From positions 28,430,150 through 28,494,149 of the forward strand of contig NC_134026.1 in the NCBI RefSeq assembly GCF_964204645.1: DNA of 64,000 nt. The letters are read 5' to 3'. The DNA comes from Tubulanus polymorphus. Taxonomy: Eukaryota; Animalia; Nemertea. The notes under the pieces are model-generated. The model did not search any database. It saw only the letters and a program-made list of their open reading frames with translations, and was not told the DNA's origin. Below are positions 1 through 22,819 of the stretch, piece after piece; position 1 is the stretch's first letter; the number at the start of each line of letters is the position of its first letter. A program made the position numbers and the translations under genes.

Positions 1-8
1 CTTATTAG

Positions 9-9825
<9,817 letters not shown>

Positions 9826-10804
9826 ATTAAAGACGTGCAAGTTACGCTTTTTACAGTGTTCAAAGCTAACACACCAATTATTCTCTTCAACACCTTGTAG
9901 TTATGATACGAGAATGCGATATATACCTACCAAAAAACTGATTCATCAGAATAATTCTGCTTAATTTGATCGTATGGACATCGTATGGGCGTTGATTTAC
10001 TGGAAGGATTTTTTTAATGTAATTTTCATTTGTGTTGAATTTATGATTGATTACATATTTTTCACTTCTCAGACGTATTCAAAACACATTTCATCTGCCA
10101 GTTTGTATTCCGACATAAATGACCTGTGTCTAATGTTGTCGTAATTAGCACCTCTCAATGCTTGTAATTAGTTAATGCTTTGTGGTTAAAAAATGAACGT
10201 TTATTCACAAGAATTATTCGTATTTATGTTCAATGATGTTAATTTATAATTTGTGTAATTCGATGCTTTAGACATAAACGTCGTTAATAAAATAATCAGC
10301 TTTGAAAAAGTTTCTTTGAATGATTGGTTTCGCTTTGGGCATCATCTATCGGATCTATAATCACCACCTTTATGGTCACTGCTATGGTCTGTGGTCACTT
10401 CTTCGAAATGTATTCAAGGCTGCCTTAGAGGACGAAACATCTTGCAGGCTAATTTCAGAAGAATATGTTATGAAATGAAAACATCAAGCAAATTCAATTA
10501 TCCTTATACGTCATATATTTATTCAAGCAATTGTCGATTATCACGTACATCGTATGAAACTGACTAAGTGAAAAAGTCGCACACATTCGACATGATGTGA
10601 TGATTGTCGACACTGATATAAACACTTGACAACGACCAACTTCAGACGGCGACCCAAAACATCTATAAGATATGAGATTGTGATTTTTGGAATCGAAGCA
10701 AACATCAATTTTAGCTAAAATGATGGAGCATTTGGTCAAACGTGGTGAAATATACGGAGACTTAACGTCAGCTCGGTATCGTCTTTAGAGGGGTGCATTT
10801 TTGT

Positions 10805-10967
10805 GGGGAAAACCCAATAAGTACATATTGATATAGTTTTTGATATTACTCGATAATAGTTCTGGGGTGACAGTAAATAAGGTGAAGTAAGTTTTAGAAC
10901 TCGTTGATAACTGAACAAATAAACCCGGAACTCGTGCGCGCAGAAATTCCTTTTCGGGGAAATTCCC
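10805..10967 (+). promoter_or_regulatory. Two NF-kB/Rel-type sites upstream of TIR paralog A
   Basis: GGGGAAAACCC (10805-10815) and GGGGAAATTCCC (10956-10967) lie within about 220 bp of the ATG. Confidence 0.45.
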
Positions 10968-11021
10968 TTTTAGTTTACAAGCAGACATCGTCGCGTGTAG
11001 CTCATAATTCTCGACGTTGTA

Positions 11022-14000
11022 ATGGCGTCGAATAAAATGTTTACTCGAGTGAAAAATGTGCTTTCAAAACATTTCAAAAAACGTGCCAACCCGAACGAGT
11101 CTGCAGCAACGATAACTGATGATTTTGGATTCGTACACGACGCAAGTAAATGTTGCTATAAATGCAAAGTGTGGATAACATATCCGAATCGGAGGCGTCA
11201 CTTCGTGAAAAGACTCGAAAGGTTTTTTGACAAGGAACTTTGCGGACAGATAGAATGTCTGTTCCAAGAATGTGAATCGCACCTTACTGAACCAGACAAT
11301 TATTTCATGGAGAAAAGCTTAAAAGCTGTTAGCAAGTATGTGGTACTTTTCGATGCAAATCATAAGACGGATATTGGATTCAATTTCCAGAGATCGAGTG
11401 CAATCAGCAGTTATAAAAACAAACAATACAAATGCCGCATGATATTCGTAAAAATGGACAGTCAGGCTGATCTTAGTGATATATCGACGGACAATGTGAA
11501 CTTTCTTACATTAGACTTTTCGAGAACAGACTGGGACAAGGAAGATCTAAGTAAAAACAACCAAATCAAAGTCCTCATAAAAGAACTCCTCGGTAAGTTC
11601 TTACTTCATTCTGAGATGAGATAATGCATCCTCAATGAAACTAGGCCCTTATGTTCTACAAAACTGTTCATGAAATAGTATCATCTTACGTATCTTGGAA
11701 TCATTTTGCAAAAATTAAATCCACTTTTCTGAGGAAAAATCAGGATATCTTCAAACTGCAACACTTCCTGGCTGTAATATTTCGCCCTAGGTCTATAATG
11801 ATGGAGGCCTTTGGTGTATTTTGATCATTATTTATTTTCTCCACCAGATTTGGATATTCACATTGGAAATGTCAATACTTTAGATTCTATATTTGTCGGG
11901 GCAAAAAGTGCAATTCCGGGTAAGAAATTTTAAAGCATTCATCAACAAGTCAAGTGCAAAGATTTGTAAGCCATAAAGATAAATCAGAGATATTTCAAGA
12001 GGTGACTTTAGATTCTTGGAATGAGTCACAAGTGGGATGCATACAAAAATTGCTTCACAAATGATTCTATCCATTTTCACCAGGAAGTAAAAGTTGTATA
12101 CACCGGTTGGGTTTCTTTTTTCAAGTTAATATTGATTAGATAATGTATTTGATAATGGTTATGTGATCAATACTTATACATTTAGTTTGTAACCGGTATT
12201 CCATTGTGGGTTTTCCAATATTCATTCTTAATCTAATTTTGTTATTATAGAAATGACTTATGAAAAAGATGTTGATTATCTATACGCACATCCATCACTG
12301 GTAGGCCTATATCTGAATAATCTCCCAGAAAGCAAATCTATAGCTGGAGTAAATGTAACGTTCAAATCCATTGACACTGATTCAGCCTACAGCACATTCC
12401 TAATACAGGTTTATATACACTATTATCATGATCTATGCTGTATGATTATCAGCTCAAATGTTCAGTGGATTTTGTGATGTTTTCCCTTTATTTTCAGAAA
12501 TGTAATCTAAGCGATCAGGCGCGCGATTTGGTCATGAATGAAGAGTCAAAGGGTATCTTTGAGAATATTGAACTTGGAACAGTATTTTCAATACTCCCAT
12601 CTCCACCCACCGAATACCAACTGAAATTCAATGCTTCACTGCTTATTTTCGATCAAAAATTCAAAAATTGCCTGCAAAAATACGTCCGTGTGCTTCACAG
12701 CGATAGTATCTCCCTAGTAGGCGCGAAATGGAATGACGTCACTGAAAGGTCATCGTTGATATGCGGTTTTCCGAAAAGTAGCACTACGTCAAAGAGCGAT
12801 GCACTAGAGACCAGACGTGGTTTATGTGATGGTTGGTTTCAATACGATTCGTTTCAATGCGGAACGTTAGTAGATTTTTGATTGATGACTGGCCAACAGT
12901 CGTGGAATATACCTCACAATCCCTTTATTATTACTTTTTTTTCATTTCAGATACATGATTTGTTCGACGTCCGTAGAAAACTCGCAAATTGCATGCGCAG
13001 TTGCCAACTTAACCAGTAAATACATGAACTCAAATTTCGCCCGCCTCATCGTTCATTACGATGACTTACCTAAATATCCCCTAGCGACCCAACATCTACA
13101 GCTTAGGTGCGAAATCGCTCGCCTCGACACACCGGTCGAATATTACGGGAACTACTTTCAAGGCGTTATCGTTCGTCTCGAAGATAACGATTGTTATGCA
13201 ACGATGAAATACAGCTGTGACGAGTCCGGTAATGACTTCTCGTTTCTACACGAGTTTCATTTGGATCATCCAGAACAATCTTCATTTCTAGGCAAACTGA
13301 AATATCGTACAAACTGGCGCTTCCGCGTTAAATTCTACTCCGATAAAGATCACAATAATCTCCTGGCTAAGATATGCACTGGTTCACAGGCTAAGGTACG
13401 ACCATTGGTTTAACGAATATGTTTTTAAACTGCCTGTCTATAGATTCATAGATATTTTTCATAGATATTTTTGATTTATTCAGTGTCGTAAAACCTGGCC
13501 GCCCTTGAATCACGTTTACTCCAAATGTTGGACTTCCCCTCCTCCCGATTTGGCATCCAGCGAGTTATCTGAATTCGACCGTAAGTTATTGACGTGTTAT
13601 ATATATATATATCTAATCCCGAACCCGGTTTCACAGTTCTTGATTAACCTTTAGCTCTGAGTTAAATGAGAACTGTGGCACGCAAAACTAACGCATAGTC
13701 AGCTAACTCACAGTTAGTTTCTGACTCAAATTTAATCAAGAACTGAACCGGGTCCCGAGGACGACAGTGGCCAATTTTTAAAAACAATTTCTAATTTCCA
13801 GTTGTCGAGGAAGCGTACACAGGTGTAAATGATTTAAATGTAGCAGCAGCAAGATCAGCTGAAGCTGATGATTTAACGGTATCTAGTAACGATCGGCAGA
13901 ACGGTAGCGGGAGGTACCAACATAGATATTCGCTCGACGAAACGTCAACCAAAACATCGAAGTGGACGGACGCTCAGATTGAAACGTGGAAGTCGCGGGC

Positions 14001-14124
14001 TATGTCATGCGACGATAACTTGACTGTAGATCCGGATAAACTTAATGATTTCAACGGAGATAAACTTCCTGTACGATCGAATTCGAGACAAAAATTTCAA
14101 CAGTTCTTCGAAAGTATCAAGTGA
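11022..14124 (+). CDS. TIR-like + ZU5/UPA-like protein, paralog A
   Basis: Exons 11022-11592, 11848-11919, 12251-12408, 12498-12865, 12951-13395, 13484-13580, 13802-14124 (TGA) join in frame. TIR-like motifs: VWITY, SKYVVLFD, MIFVK, LTLDFS. ZU5-like motifs: LGTVFSILP, VRVLHS, WNDVT. Confidence 0.75.
13623..13753. mobile_element. About 130-bp MITE-like element in intron 6 of paralog A
   Basis: Terminal inverted repeats ACCCGGTTTCACAGTTCTTGATTAA and TTAATCAAGAACTGAACCGGGT. Confidence 0.6.
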
Positions 14125-14761
14125 TACATTCGCCATAGCTTTCAGAATATTGTTTCGTCAAATGGACAAACAGTGTATAAATGTATATATTTATATGTGT
14201 ATATACGTATTCTATGGTATTACATATGAAACGAATGTCTCTTCGATAAAGGAACTATATATTTTGACCAATTTCAATGACAAATCTTTAAATCTATTCA
14301 ACCACTGTAAATTATGAAAGAAACAATAAAATTGTATTCTCTGCTAAGGATATTTTTTCGTATATTCTCTATTCGATAACCGCATTTAAGGAGTCAGAAT
14401 CGTGCAGTTCCTATCCGATGTAAGAAATTCATAGCTGCTGAAGATTAAACAACAAATATCACTGACTGTCCCTTACATAATGAATGTGTCCGTAAATGAG
14501 CATTTAAGCACAATTGCTTATCATGGTCGCTTCTGTTCTTATCAGGGACAGAGTACTCGATACGTAGAATACTTGTAATTTGTATAGAGCTGGTATCATA
14601 AACGGTAAAAAAACTGACTTGTAGATTGAGAAATCCGCGACGTGTTGACGCAGATTGTGGGTGGTTAGTCGGACTATAATATTGTTTCTTAATGAGGAAG
14701 TTAGTTATATGTAAACGCGAGGTTCAGTGTATGTTATTGGTTTGAATATATTACTGGAATC

Positions 14762-17684
14762 ATGGAAAACAAACGCGTGGTTTCATACAAAAAACGCGAA
14801 GACGGTGGCTACGATTTGGTGATTAAGCATCAGGAATATAAACGGGTATTGTGGGCGGCATATCCAACAAAGGCGACCACAGTACGGCCCTATCAGCTAC
14901 TCCGAAACATCCTTCGATTCTATAAACGGACTACGCAACAAAGTTCAATTTGTTTTCACGGAAATTATCGAAAAATCTACGAAGATAAAAAGGCTATCGA
15001 GGCGTTTGAATCGATTTTCGAATTTGCGACTGATTTTTTGATTATATTAGATGCATCTGTCGAGAATGATGCATGGTTCCAGTATCGAATCGACCATGCC
15101 CTGTCAGAAATAGGGAATCGTCTGCAAAATACCAATCTTTGGATAATTCCCAAGTTGATGTTTATCAAGGTTGAATCATGTTCACTTCCACCTATACCGT
15201 GTAGCATAGAATATACAACTTTCGATTTCAGCCAGTGCAATTTGGACTATACAATATTTTGTCAAAGTCAAGAGTTGCGCACTTTGGCTGGTGAATTAAT
15301 AGGTCAGTGGATGATAATGTACATGTTATTCTCTATGAAAACATTATTATGTATACTGTAGGAGATCGATACGTCACGTTACGTTATATAACATTTTACT
15401 GTAATTTTTAGGGTCGAAGATTCAAGCCAGAGCTACGGCACTCAAAGGTATAATACATGTATATACATAGCCCTGCGCACACAGCACGAAATGAAAATGA
15501 AACGGACAGGCTTTTCTGGCCTGTTTCGTGATTATGTACCAGTAGATAACAAGAACCACCGACACACACTAAAAGCCGTCACGTGTCTGATCAATATCAC
15601 CGTCATTTTGATATATCATATGATTCTATGACAGCTTTTTAAACAACATTACTTGGTGGCGCTGTAGGTAAGTTTCGATGTTTCTTGTTACGCCGGGTGC
15701 GATATGGGACGAGCTAAACACCGAAATGCATAAACAGGAAATAAGTTTTTTCGCTGTGTGAGTTCTGAGGCTGTAAGGTTCAAATCAGGTTATGAGACCT
15801 GTTCGAATTCGGTCGAGCATTTAGAGACACTTTTTATTCAATCTGATTTTATTAAGGGACCAAAGGTGAAAGTCATGCTGATTACATTTATTCAAGTCCC
15901 ACTGTAACATGCTTAGAAAGGCTACCGAAAATAATCAACATTATCGACGACCTAACAGTGACTTTTGATGTACAAGGTCCAACTAAAGATGTCGGCAAAA
16001 CGTGTTTCTTTATACAGGTAACTTTGAATATGTAAATCTGCAATGGATAATTCGTAATCGATTCAAGAAAACTTTCTTCTTTTAGAAAACAACCATAACT
16101 GAAAAGACAATAGATTTCGTGCAAAAGATAAGTTCAACGGATCCATTCTTGTACAAAGACATCCACCGAGGGACATATATCACTATCGGTCCTTATCCTG
16201 CTAATGATGACATCCTTCATACAGACTTGCCCTTAATATCGACCATACTCCTGAATTATGAACACGAGACGATGAATTTGGACGTCCGAATTTTATATTC
16301 ATCAAGTCAGTCGCCTGTTGGCTCGTCTCCCTGGTGTGACGTTACAGATACGTCATGTCTTATTCGATTTCCGAAGAGAGCTAGCGATATATATAATATC
16401 GCAAGTGGAACTACGTTACAATTTGTGGCGATGAAATATGGAACGTATGTATATACGCATATAAGCGATGTAGTAAAATCAAGTTTCCACACATAAAACT
16501 TTTGTTTATTTATCAAATTTCGAATATCCAATTTATGTAGGTATCTAGTAACAAGTGGCAAATCTACCGTTGCAAATTTCATCAGTTTTGCAAGCATCAT
16601 CAGCAACGAAATCAACCGAGCATTCGCCAGAATAATCGTCAGTTATAGTACAGATGACGTCATCATCGAGAATAATGACGTCAGTACTGCCTATAACACC
16701 GCTTACGACAGAAAACTCATCCTGACATGTGACGTCGTACGTCTGGATGAATATATCTCTCATTATGGTTTCAATTACCAAGACGTGATTGTACGGTTGC
16801 CGAATAGTACGTGCTACGCCGTCACAACACTCAAACTCAACCGAAAAGACGAGCGATGTGTTTTGCCTCAAGTGTTTGATGTCGACAGCCGCAGCGACTT
16901 CTCGTCAAACCATGTCATAACTTGCGTGTATCGTCGATCTGAGGCATGGTCCTTCAAAAGCGCTTTCTATTCTGATTCGAATTTTCAGACACTTCTAGCT
17001 AAAATATCGGTGTCACCAACGGTAAGAATGTTTCTAAATGATACAGATAATATTTCTTTGCAGATGCAGGAATCCAGAGATCAAGACTCATCTTTTCGTG
17101 TATTCTCATCGATAAGTTAAACCTCGGATTGTTTAGATAGTATACGAACTGAATAAAAAACACCCGAAAGTCCCTTCGAAACTACGCCCATGAGATGTAC
17201 ATAATAGAATTATTTCGTTGAATATATTAATGTTTTGATGTTTATCTAGGAGCAGAGGGTTTGGCCTCCAGTGTCTCGTAGGTATCATCGTCGTTGGTCA
17301 CTGCCGTCACAACCAGAGGAAGATCATGAACACACCTTCGTAACTTTCCGACAGCGAAGCGGTAGGTATCATAGATAAAGATGATCAAATTATTTTTATC
17401 ATCATTATGCCGTATAAACAATTCTGATAAAGATTTGTCGTTTTCATTTTTCGGTAGCGTCTATCAGTGAAACAGCGCCTGATGATTTGTTCAGTTTAGA
17501 GTCGTTGACATCGAGTGAGCAACAATGTCGACTCGGTGCAGTAGCCCTCAATCGGGAGAAGATTTTACGAACTAAACAAACGGAAACGCCAAAAGAGCCA
17601 AATATTACCGAAATGTCATCGAAACGGCTGAAGGCTTTCCCATCTATTGAACTGAACACACTAAAATTAGCTTCTAAAAAATGA
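14762..17684 (+). CDS. TIR-like + ZU5/UPA-like protein, paralog B
   Basis: Exons 14762-15302, 15412-15447, 15857-16017, 16086-16444, 16541-17021, 17250-17361, 17458-17684, with the same intron phases as paralog A. Motifs LWAAY, DFLIILD, WFQYRIDHAL, LMFIKVESCSLP, TFDFS, then ITIGP, VRILYS, WCDVT, KYGTY. Confidence 0.75.
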
Positions 17685-17831
17685 ACGATCGCTATTGGGA
17701 TTCTTTTCTCGTTATCGTAAAATACAGTATCCTAGTTGTATCAACAGTCAATAATAAAGATATCTTCTTCAGTGTACCACAAACCTAGTTGTTGTGATAA
17801 ACGATTCTAATCACTCGATAAAAACAGTACC

Positions 17832-17843
17832 GGGGAATTTCCC
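17832..17843 (+). promoter_or_regulatory. NF-kB/Rel-type site upstream of paralog C
   Basis: GGGGAATTTCCC inside the near-palindrome CCGGGGAATTTCCCGG, about 430 bp before the ATG. Confidence 0.45.
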
Positions 17844-18275
17844 GGAGTCATTCATTCGAACGATTCAGGTCAACTATTCATTCGTTATTGAACAAAAGAG
17901 CTTCCAAATTTACCCTGGAATACATTCATAGAAAATATACGGTAGGTAAAATGGAAAATTTAGGTATGATATATCATTACATGCGACATTTTTATGTATG
18001 ACAGCCTGCTTCTAGATAGAGGTGCCCAAGTCAAACATACAGGAATTCATTTGTTCACGATTCTGGTATCAAAATCAATCATAACTTAATCGCTGGTAGT
18101 AAAAAGCATCAACTATTCATTACTTGATCGAAGAAGTCGCGACTAGCTACAGCGTACACGGGTGAGTGTTTCATCCGACTACTATTGAATTCTTCGTCAT
18201 GGTTTTTACTGTCAGGTTGAGCGCAAGATCACATTTTTGAGAGAGGATAAGCCGATATAGTGAGTGTTGTGAAGA

Positions 18276-20751
18276 ATGTATGCTGCCGAAGGAGAGATCG
18301 TTCTCTTGGCCGCCGAAGCTAGAACACGAGAACGGTTAGAGGCACAAAACAGCAGTCAATGTACTGGTAAATCGAAGATTTGGTTTGGATATGACACCAA
18401 TACATCTGAGTCTTTTTTCAAAGATTTAAAGAAAACGCTTAAAGACAAAGCTGGTGGCAAATTATCAATGTTTTACGATAACCCCCGGCATTGCGTCAGC
18501 GAAACTCGACCCAGTTCGACGTCGTTAGAAATCGCATCGAAATACGTGGTCATTCTCGACAAAATCGTCGACAATGAACTAACGCAGTTACGTATGAAAG
18601 CCGGGGATAAAAAACTGATTATTATCGTACGTGATAAACGTTGTCATCCCGTTCCATCATTGGATGACAAGACCGTAATACTAGACTTTTCGAAATTCAA
18701 CGACGGAAGCGACATGGCGAGCAGTGACGAGATCAAGATTTTGCTTCGTGAGCTAATGGGTAATGATCTGAATAACCTACCAATCTATATACACTGTTTA
18801 CGTAATTTTTGTATCACGGAATTTCGGTATCAGTTTAATATTATGAATTGTAGATTCACCAGTTCATAATGGGGCCAAAGAATCACAACGACTGATATCT
18901 GAAGGTAACAATGAATACTGAACGAAATATGCGATTGAATTGAACAAGTTTTTGTAAAAGATCCACGTAAACATGTTGATTATGAAATAAAATGCCAAAC
19001 ACTCGGAATGTCGTCTTTTCAGCAATGTATGTATGTCTTATTCGTAGATCCCAGATGGCGTCCTGCCGATCCAGAATATCTGACTGTCTCGACTGCTACT
19101 GTATATTTAGAAAGTGTACCAACGAAAAAACCGATGAATGAGCATCTGGTATTAGAATTCAACGGGCAGAAAACACCAGGACAGTGTATCAATATTCGGG
19201 TAAATTATTTCAAAATAGCCACGATCTGCTTTTTTACGAGCCCGATGATAGCCAGAACATATTACTGACTTTTCAGAAATGTGCTCTGACAAGAGACGCC
19301 ATTTCGTTAGTTAAGAGATCATGTCGCTCTTTGGATCTGAGCCAAGTGACTTTGGGAAGTTTTATTTCGATCTTACCCGGCTCTGAACGCGTGGCCATTG
19401 CTTCACCGATAATCTTCAAGAGCAATTTATTCGACGAGAAAATGTTCAATAAATGCAAAAGAGACATACATATTCTATTCTCGGACGCAGCTTCACCAGT
19501 TGGGGGCTGTTCTTGGGAAGATGTGACGCATAGTGTGTATTTGTCTTGTAATATGTTGTTTAATAGAACTGACGGCTGGTTGAAATTCATTGGAAATAAA
19601 TTCGGCACGTAAGTAAAACATTGCAGCGAGCCTTGATAAACAGCTATTCATAATTTGTATTTCGTATACAGGTTTTATTCAATGTTTTCCCCCTTTCTTT
19701 TTATAGCTATCTTGTCATTTGTTCGGAAATTAAGAGCGAAGTTTACACAGATATCGTTAATCAGACGTCGCAATATCTAAACCAATCTATCGCCATATTC
19801 AGGTGTTATTGTAATATTTCACCTGAAAAACGAGAAATTAGTGCAAATATGGAACTCGTAAAACTGGACGAATACAGCATGTCGACACGGTCACGTGAAC
19901 CCTGCGATAGATTCATATATCTTCGAAATAGCGACAACTGCCAGCTTATTATAAGATATAGATCAGAAGATGGCGAGACGGTATTCCCGTGCTCATTGCC
20001 GATTGGAACTATATTCGAAAAAACGTTCAGGTACTCGGAGGAATCTGTTTGGAGCATGTCAGTAAACGTTTACTCTGATGAAAGTTACAGTCGAAAGCTG
20101 ACGAAGATAACGTTAGCTGGTGAAAAGGTTTGCATGTATTTTATTACTCCAATTTTATGGCATGATAATATCTAGTTGGAAAACCACATTGCTTATCACA
20201 TAATCATTAAGGCTGAAGGTGAAATGTGATTGATATTGTATTATGCAGAGGCGACCTGTCATGCTGCCAAAAAGACGTTATCAAGGACTAAATAATTCAC
20301 ACTTCAATCCATTAGGGCCAGATTATGGCCCAGAGACAAGCAAAGGTATCGTAAAAGTATCGTATTGGTTTCTATTTTGATAATTGTTTTCCACATGAAT
20401 GGGTTCGATTTTGTTTCTAATATTTCAGTGCTGTTAGCGTCTGGAATTTCAGTACCTCACCATAGCGGGGCAACGACTGCAGGCGGTGTCCCGCTGAATC
20501 CATTTACTAATTTCGAGGAAACGAGAAAACCTCGTAGCCGAACCGAATCGACTTGTTTGGTTGAATTCGCTATAAACGATGATGTACCGAAGTTGGACCA
20601 AAGTCATGCTATTTCTACGTCATGGGACGGACACAGCATGAAGATAGGCACGTCAGCTCGGAAGAATTGGCGCTCTCTGATGGAGGCAATTGACAGATCA
20701 ATACGTCGTGGTGTACCCTTATCACACATTATAAAAACCCACTTCGATTGA
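18276..20751 (+). CDS. TIR-like + ZU5/UPA-like protein, paralog C
   Basis: Exons 18276-18759, 18854-18904, 19048-19199, 19277-19608, 19707-20127, 20249-20345, 20429-20751. Motifs IWFGY, SKYVVILD, LIIIVRDKRCHPVP, ILDFS, then LGSFISILPG, IHILFS, WEDVT, KFGTY. Confidence 0.75.
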
Positions 20752-20935
20752 ACTAATTCAATTATGAAATCTACATCTATCTTATCTTATTTAGTCGCCC
20801 CGAACACATACGAATGATATTAGCTATTTTGTAAATAGTGCTGTAAATAAAAATGTTCATATTCTTTTGAATAATCAGTCCGTGTGTAATCTGTATATCC
20901 AATTACGTTAATCATTTCTCATATAATACAACAAG

Positions 20936-21559
20936 TCAATAATTTGCCCACTCTCCTTGATTCACTGTCTTCTTCGTCAGATCTCGATAAGCAGCTCTGT
21001 TTATCGGTCGAGTATTTATATGGATGCCATGTTTTGGCGAGCTACGAAATCTGACCTTCCATTCAGAGTAATTCGTATATAGGTCATTTAATGATTCATA
21101 TTTCGTCGGTAATTCCGATTCCTTCGTCATATCATCGGGAACATTTGGATGATGGTAATATTCGTTCATCATCGGATACGAGTCTGGAATTGTCTCATAT
21201 CCCCAATCTCTGGGGTCACTTGACCATGGCGACCCGTTTGGTTCCCACTTTCCATAGTTCAACGTATCGTATCGCATTGAAGGTACACTCATTTGCTTCT
21301 GTTGTTTTCTGGCCGCTTCCTTGAATGCTAAAACCGCCTTGGCCTTCGGAGTATTGTATAGTTTAGTCAATTTTCCCCAGCCACCTGCTCGATTCAAGTC
21401 CAGATTTTTATCGTCAATGATATGTTCAGTGGGAACTAGATTTATGCTGACATTTTTCGTTTTCTTGGGATGTTGTACTGGAGTTTCATTTGAACGCTGT
21501 AACGACGGTTCCTCGTCGAAATCCTCATCCAGATTCTGTAAACTCTCTTCGTTGCCCAT
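20936..21559 (-). CDS. Uncharacterised 207-aa hydrophilic protein with an N-myristoylation-like start
   Basis: Splice acceptor at 21562/21561, then ATG 21559 giving MGNEES (MGxxxS). The upstream exon (GTGAG donor at 21813) has an in-frame stop, so it is probably 5' UTR. Confidence 0.65.
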   Translation of the reverse strand: MGNEESLQNLDEDFDEEPSLQRSNETPVQHPKKTKNVSINLVPTEHIIDDKNLDLNRAGGWGKLTKLYNTPKAKAVLAFKEAARKQQKQMSVPSMRYDTLNYGKWEPNGSPWSSDPRDWGYETIPDSYPMMNEYYHHPNVPDDMTKESELPTKYESLNDLYTNYSEWKVRFRSSPKHGIHINTRPINRAAYRDLTKKTVNQGEWANY

Positions 21560-22819
21560 GCCTACAAAACAAATACACAATGTGCTTCACTATTCTCTTC
21601 AAGTTATAATTTCACGATTCCCTTTATCATTAATCTATTGGGGTCGTAGGCTTAGTACAATGACATAGTAAAATAAAAAGCTTATCAATTATATCCGGGT
21701 TATGATATAACGTACAAATGTAAGAATGTATCAAACAATTAATATTGATAAGATATCGATTTAAATACAAAATTTCGTAGTTTTTTTAAATACTTGTATC
21801 ACATGTATCTCACCTTAATCGTCTATTCCATTCGATTCATGCTCCAGCGTAACAACATTACAATTCATAACCACAACAGTAACGTAACAACAGTGAAATC
21901 ACCAGCAAAATGCAGTTGTCTCCAGTACGTGATATAATCAAAGGTCAATTCATCGTATCGTCCGTATGTAACTAATTAATGAAACGTTAAATCAGTCCGC
22001 GGTTACCAGGTGATTCGTAATACGCGTACGTCTACGAATAATAAACTACGCAATGTTCTCACATCAAATACGATAAGATATGGTGATTAATACGACAATT
22101 GTTCAAAATTTTGGTCAAAACATCATAACCATAACTAACACTGCAGATGTGCATATGTTATTTTTCAGTCGTCACGATTTTGATAGGAATGCACGCTATA
22201 ACGCTAAATATGTATATACAAAAGCGTCCAGACAGGATATTTGAATGCTTGCCCTTTCACGTGTAAAATGTAAGCAAATATAGACATGGTCATAGATTAT
22301 ATGAATATGAATATGTTATGTTAAGGTCATTACAATTCTTTGGTCAGACAAACACGTCGTAAATGACCAACCAAACATATTTTTTCAATTTCATGACTGA
22401 TGATAATTTTCCTGGTAGTGTAGACTCGCGGTGCCTGGTCGAAATCAACCCGTGGCCATATTCTTCTTCGAATCATGTTTCTTTTTTCAGTGTGAGATTC
22501 TTGTTTGACATTTATTCTTGTGTATTCATTCTAATTAAGCATTCTGGAGTGGCCAAGAAAATCTTAATCAAATATTAGTTTTGATAATTAAACTTTTAAT
22601 ACATTCGATGGTGAATTATCATATTATGTACATGTAGTTCCATTTTAACATATAAATGAATATCGGGGTCATTTTGTATATCAAGTGATAAGATCCAGGC
22701 CTGGCTATGTGAACCCATTTACACAACACGAATACAATGAACCCCGAAAAACTATGGCCTATTAATCAAATGGGTACATCATCTACACAGTTTCAAGCGA
22801 CAGAGATGGGTGATTCATT

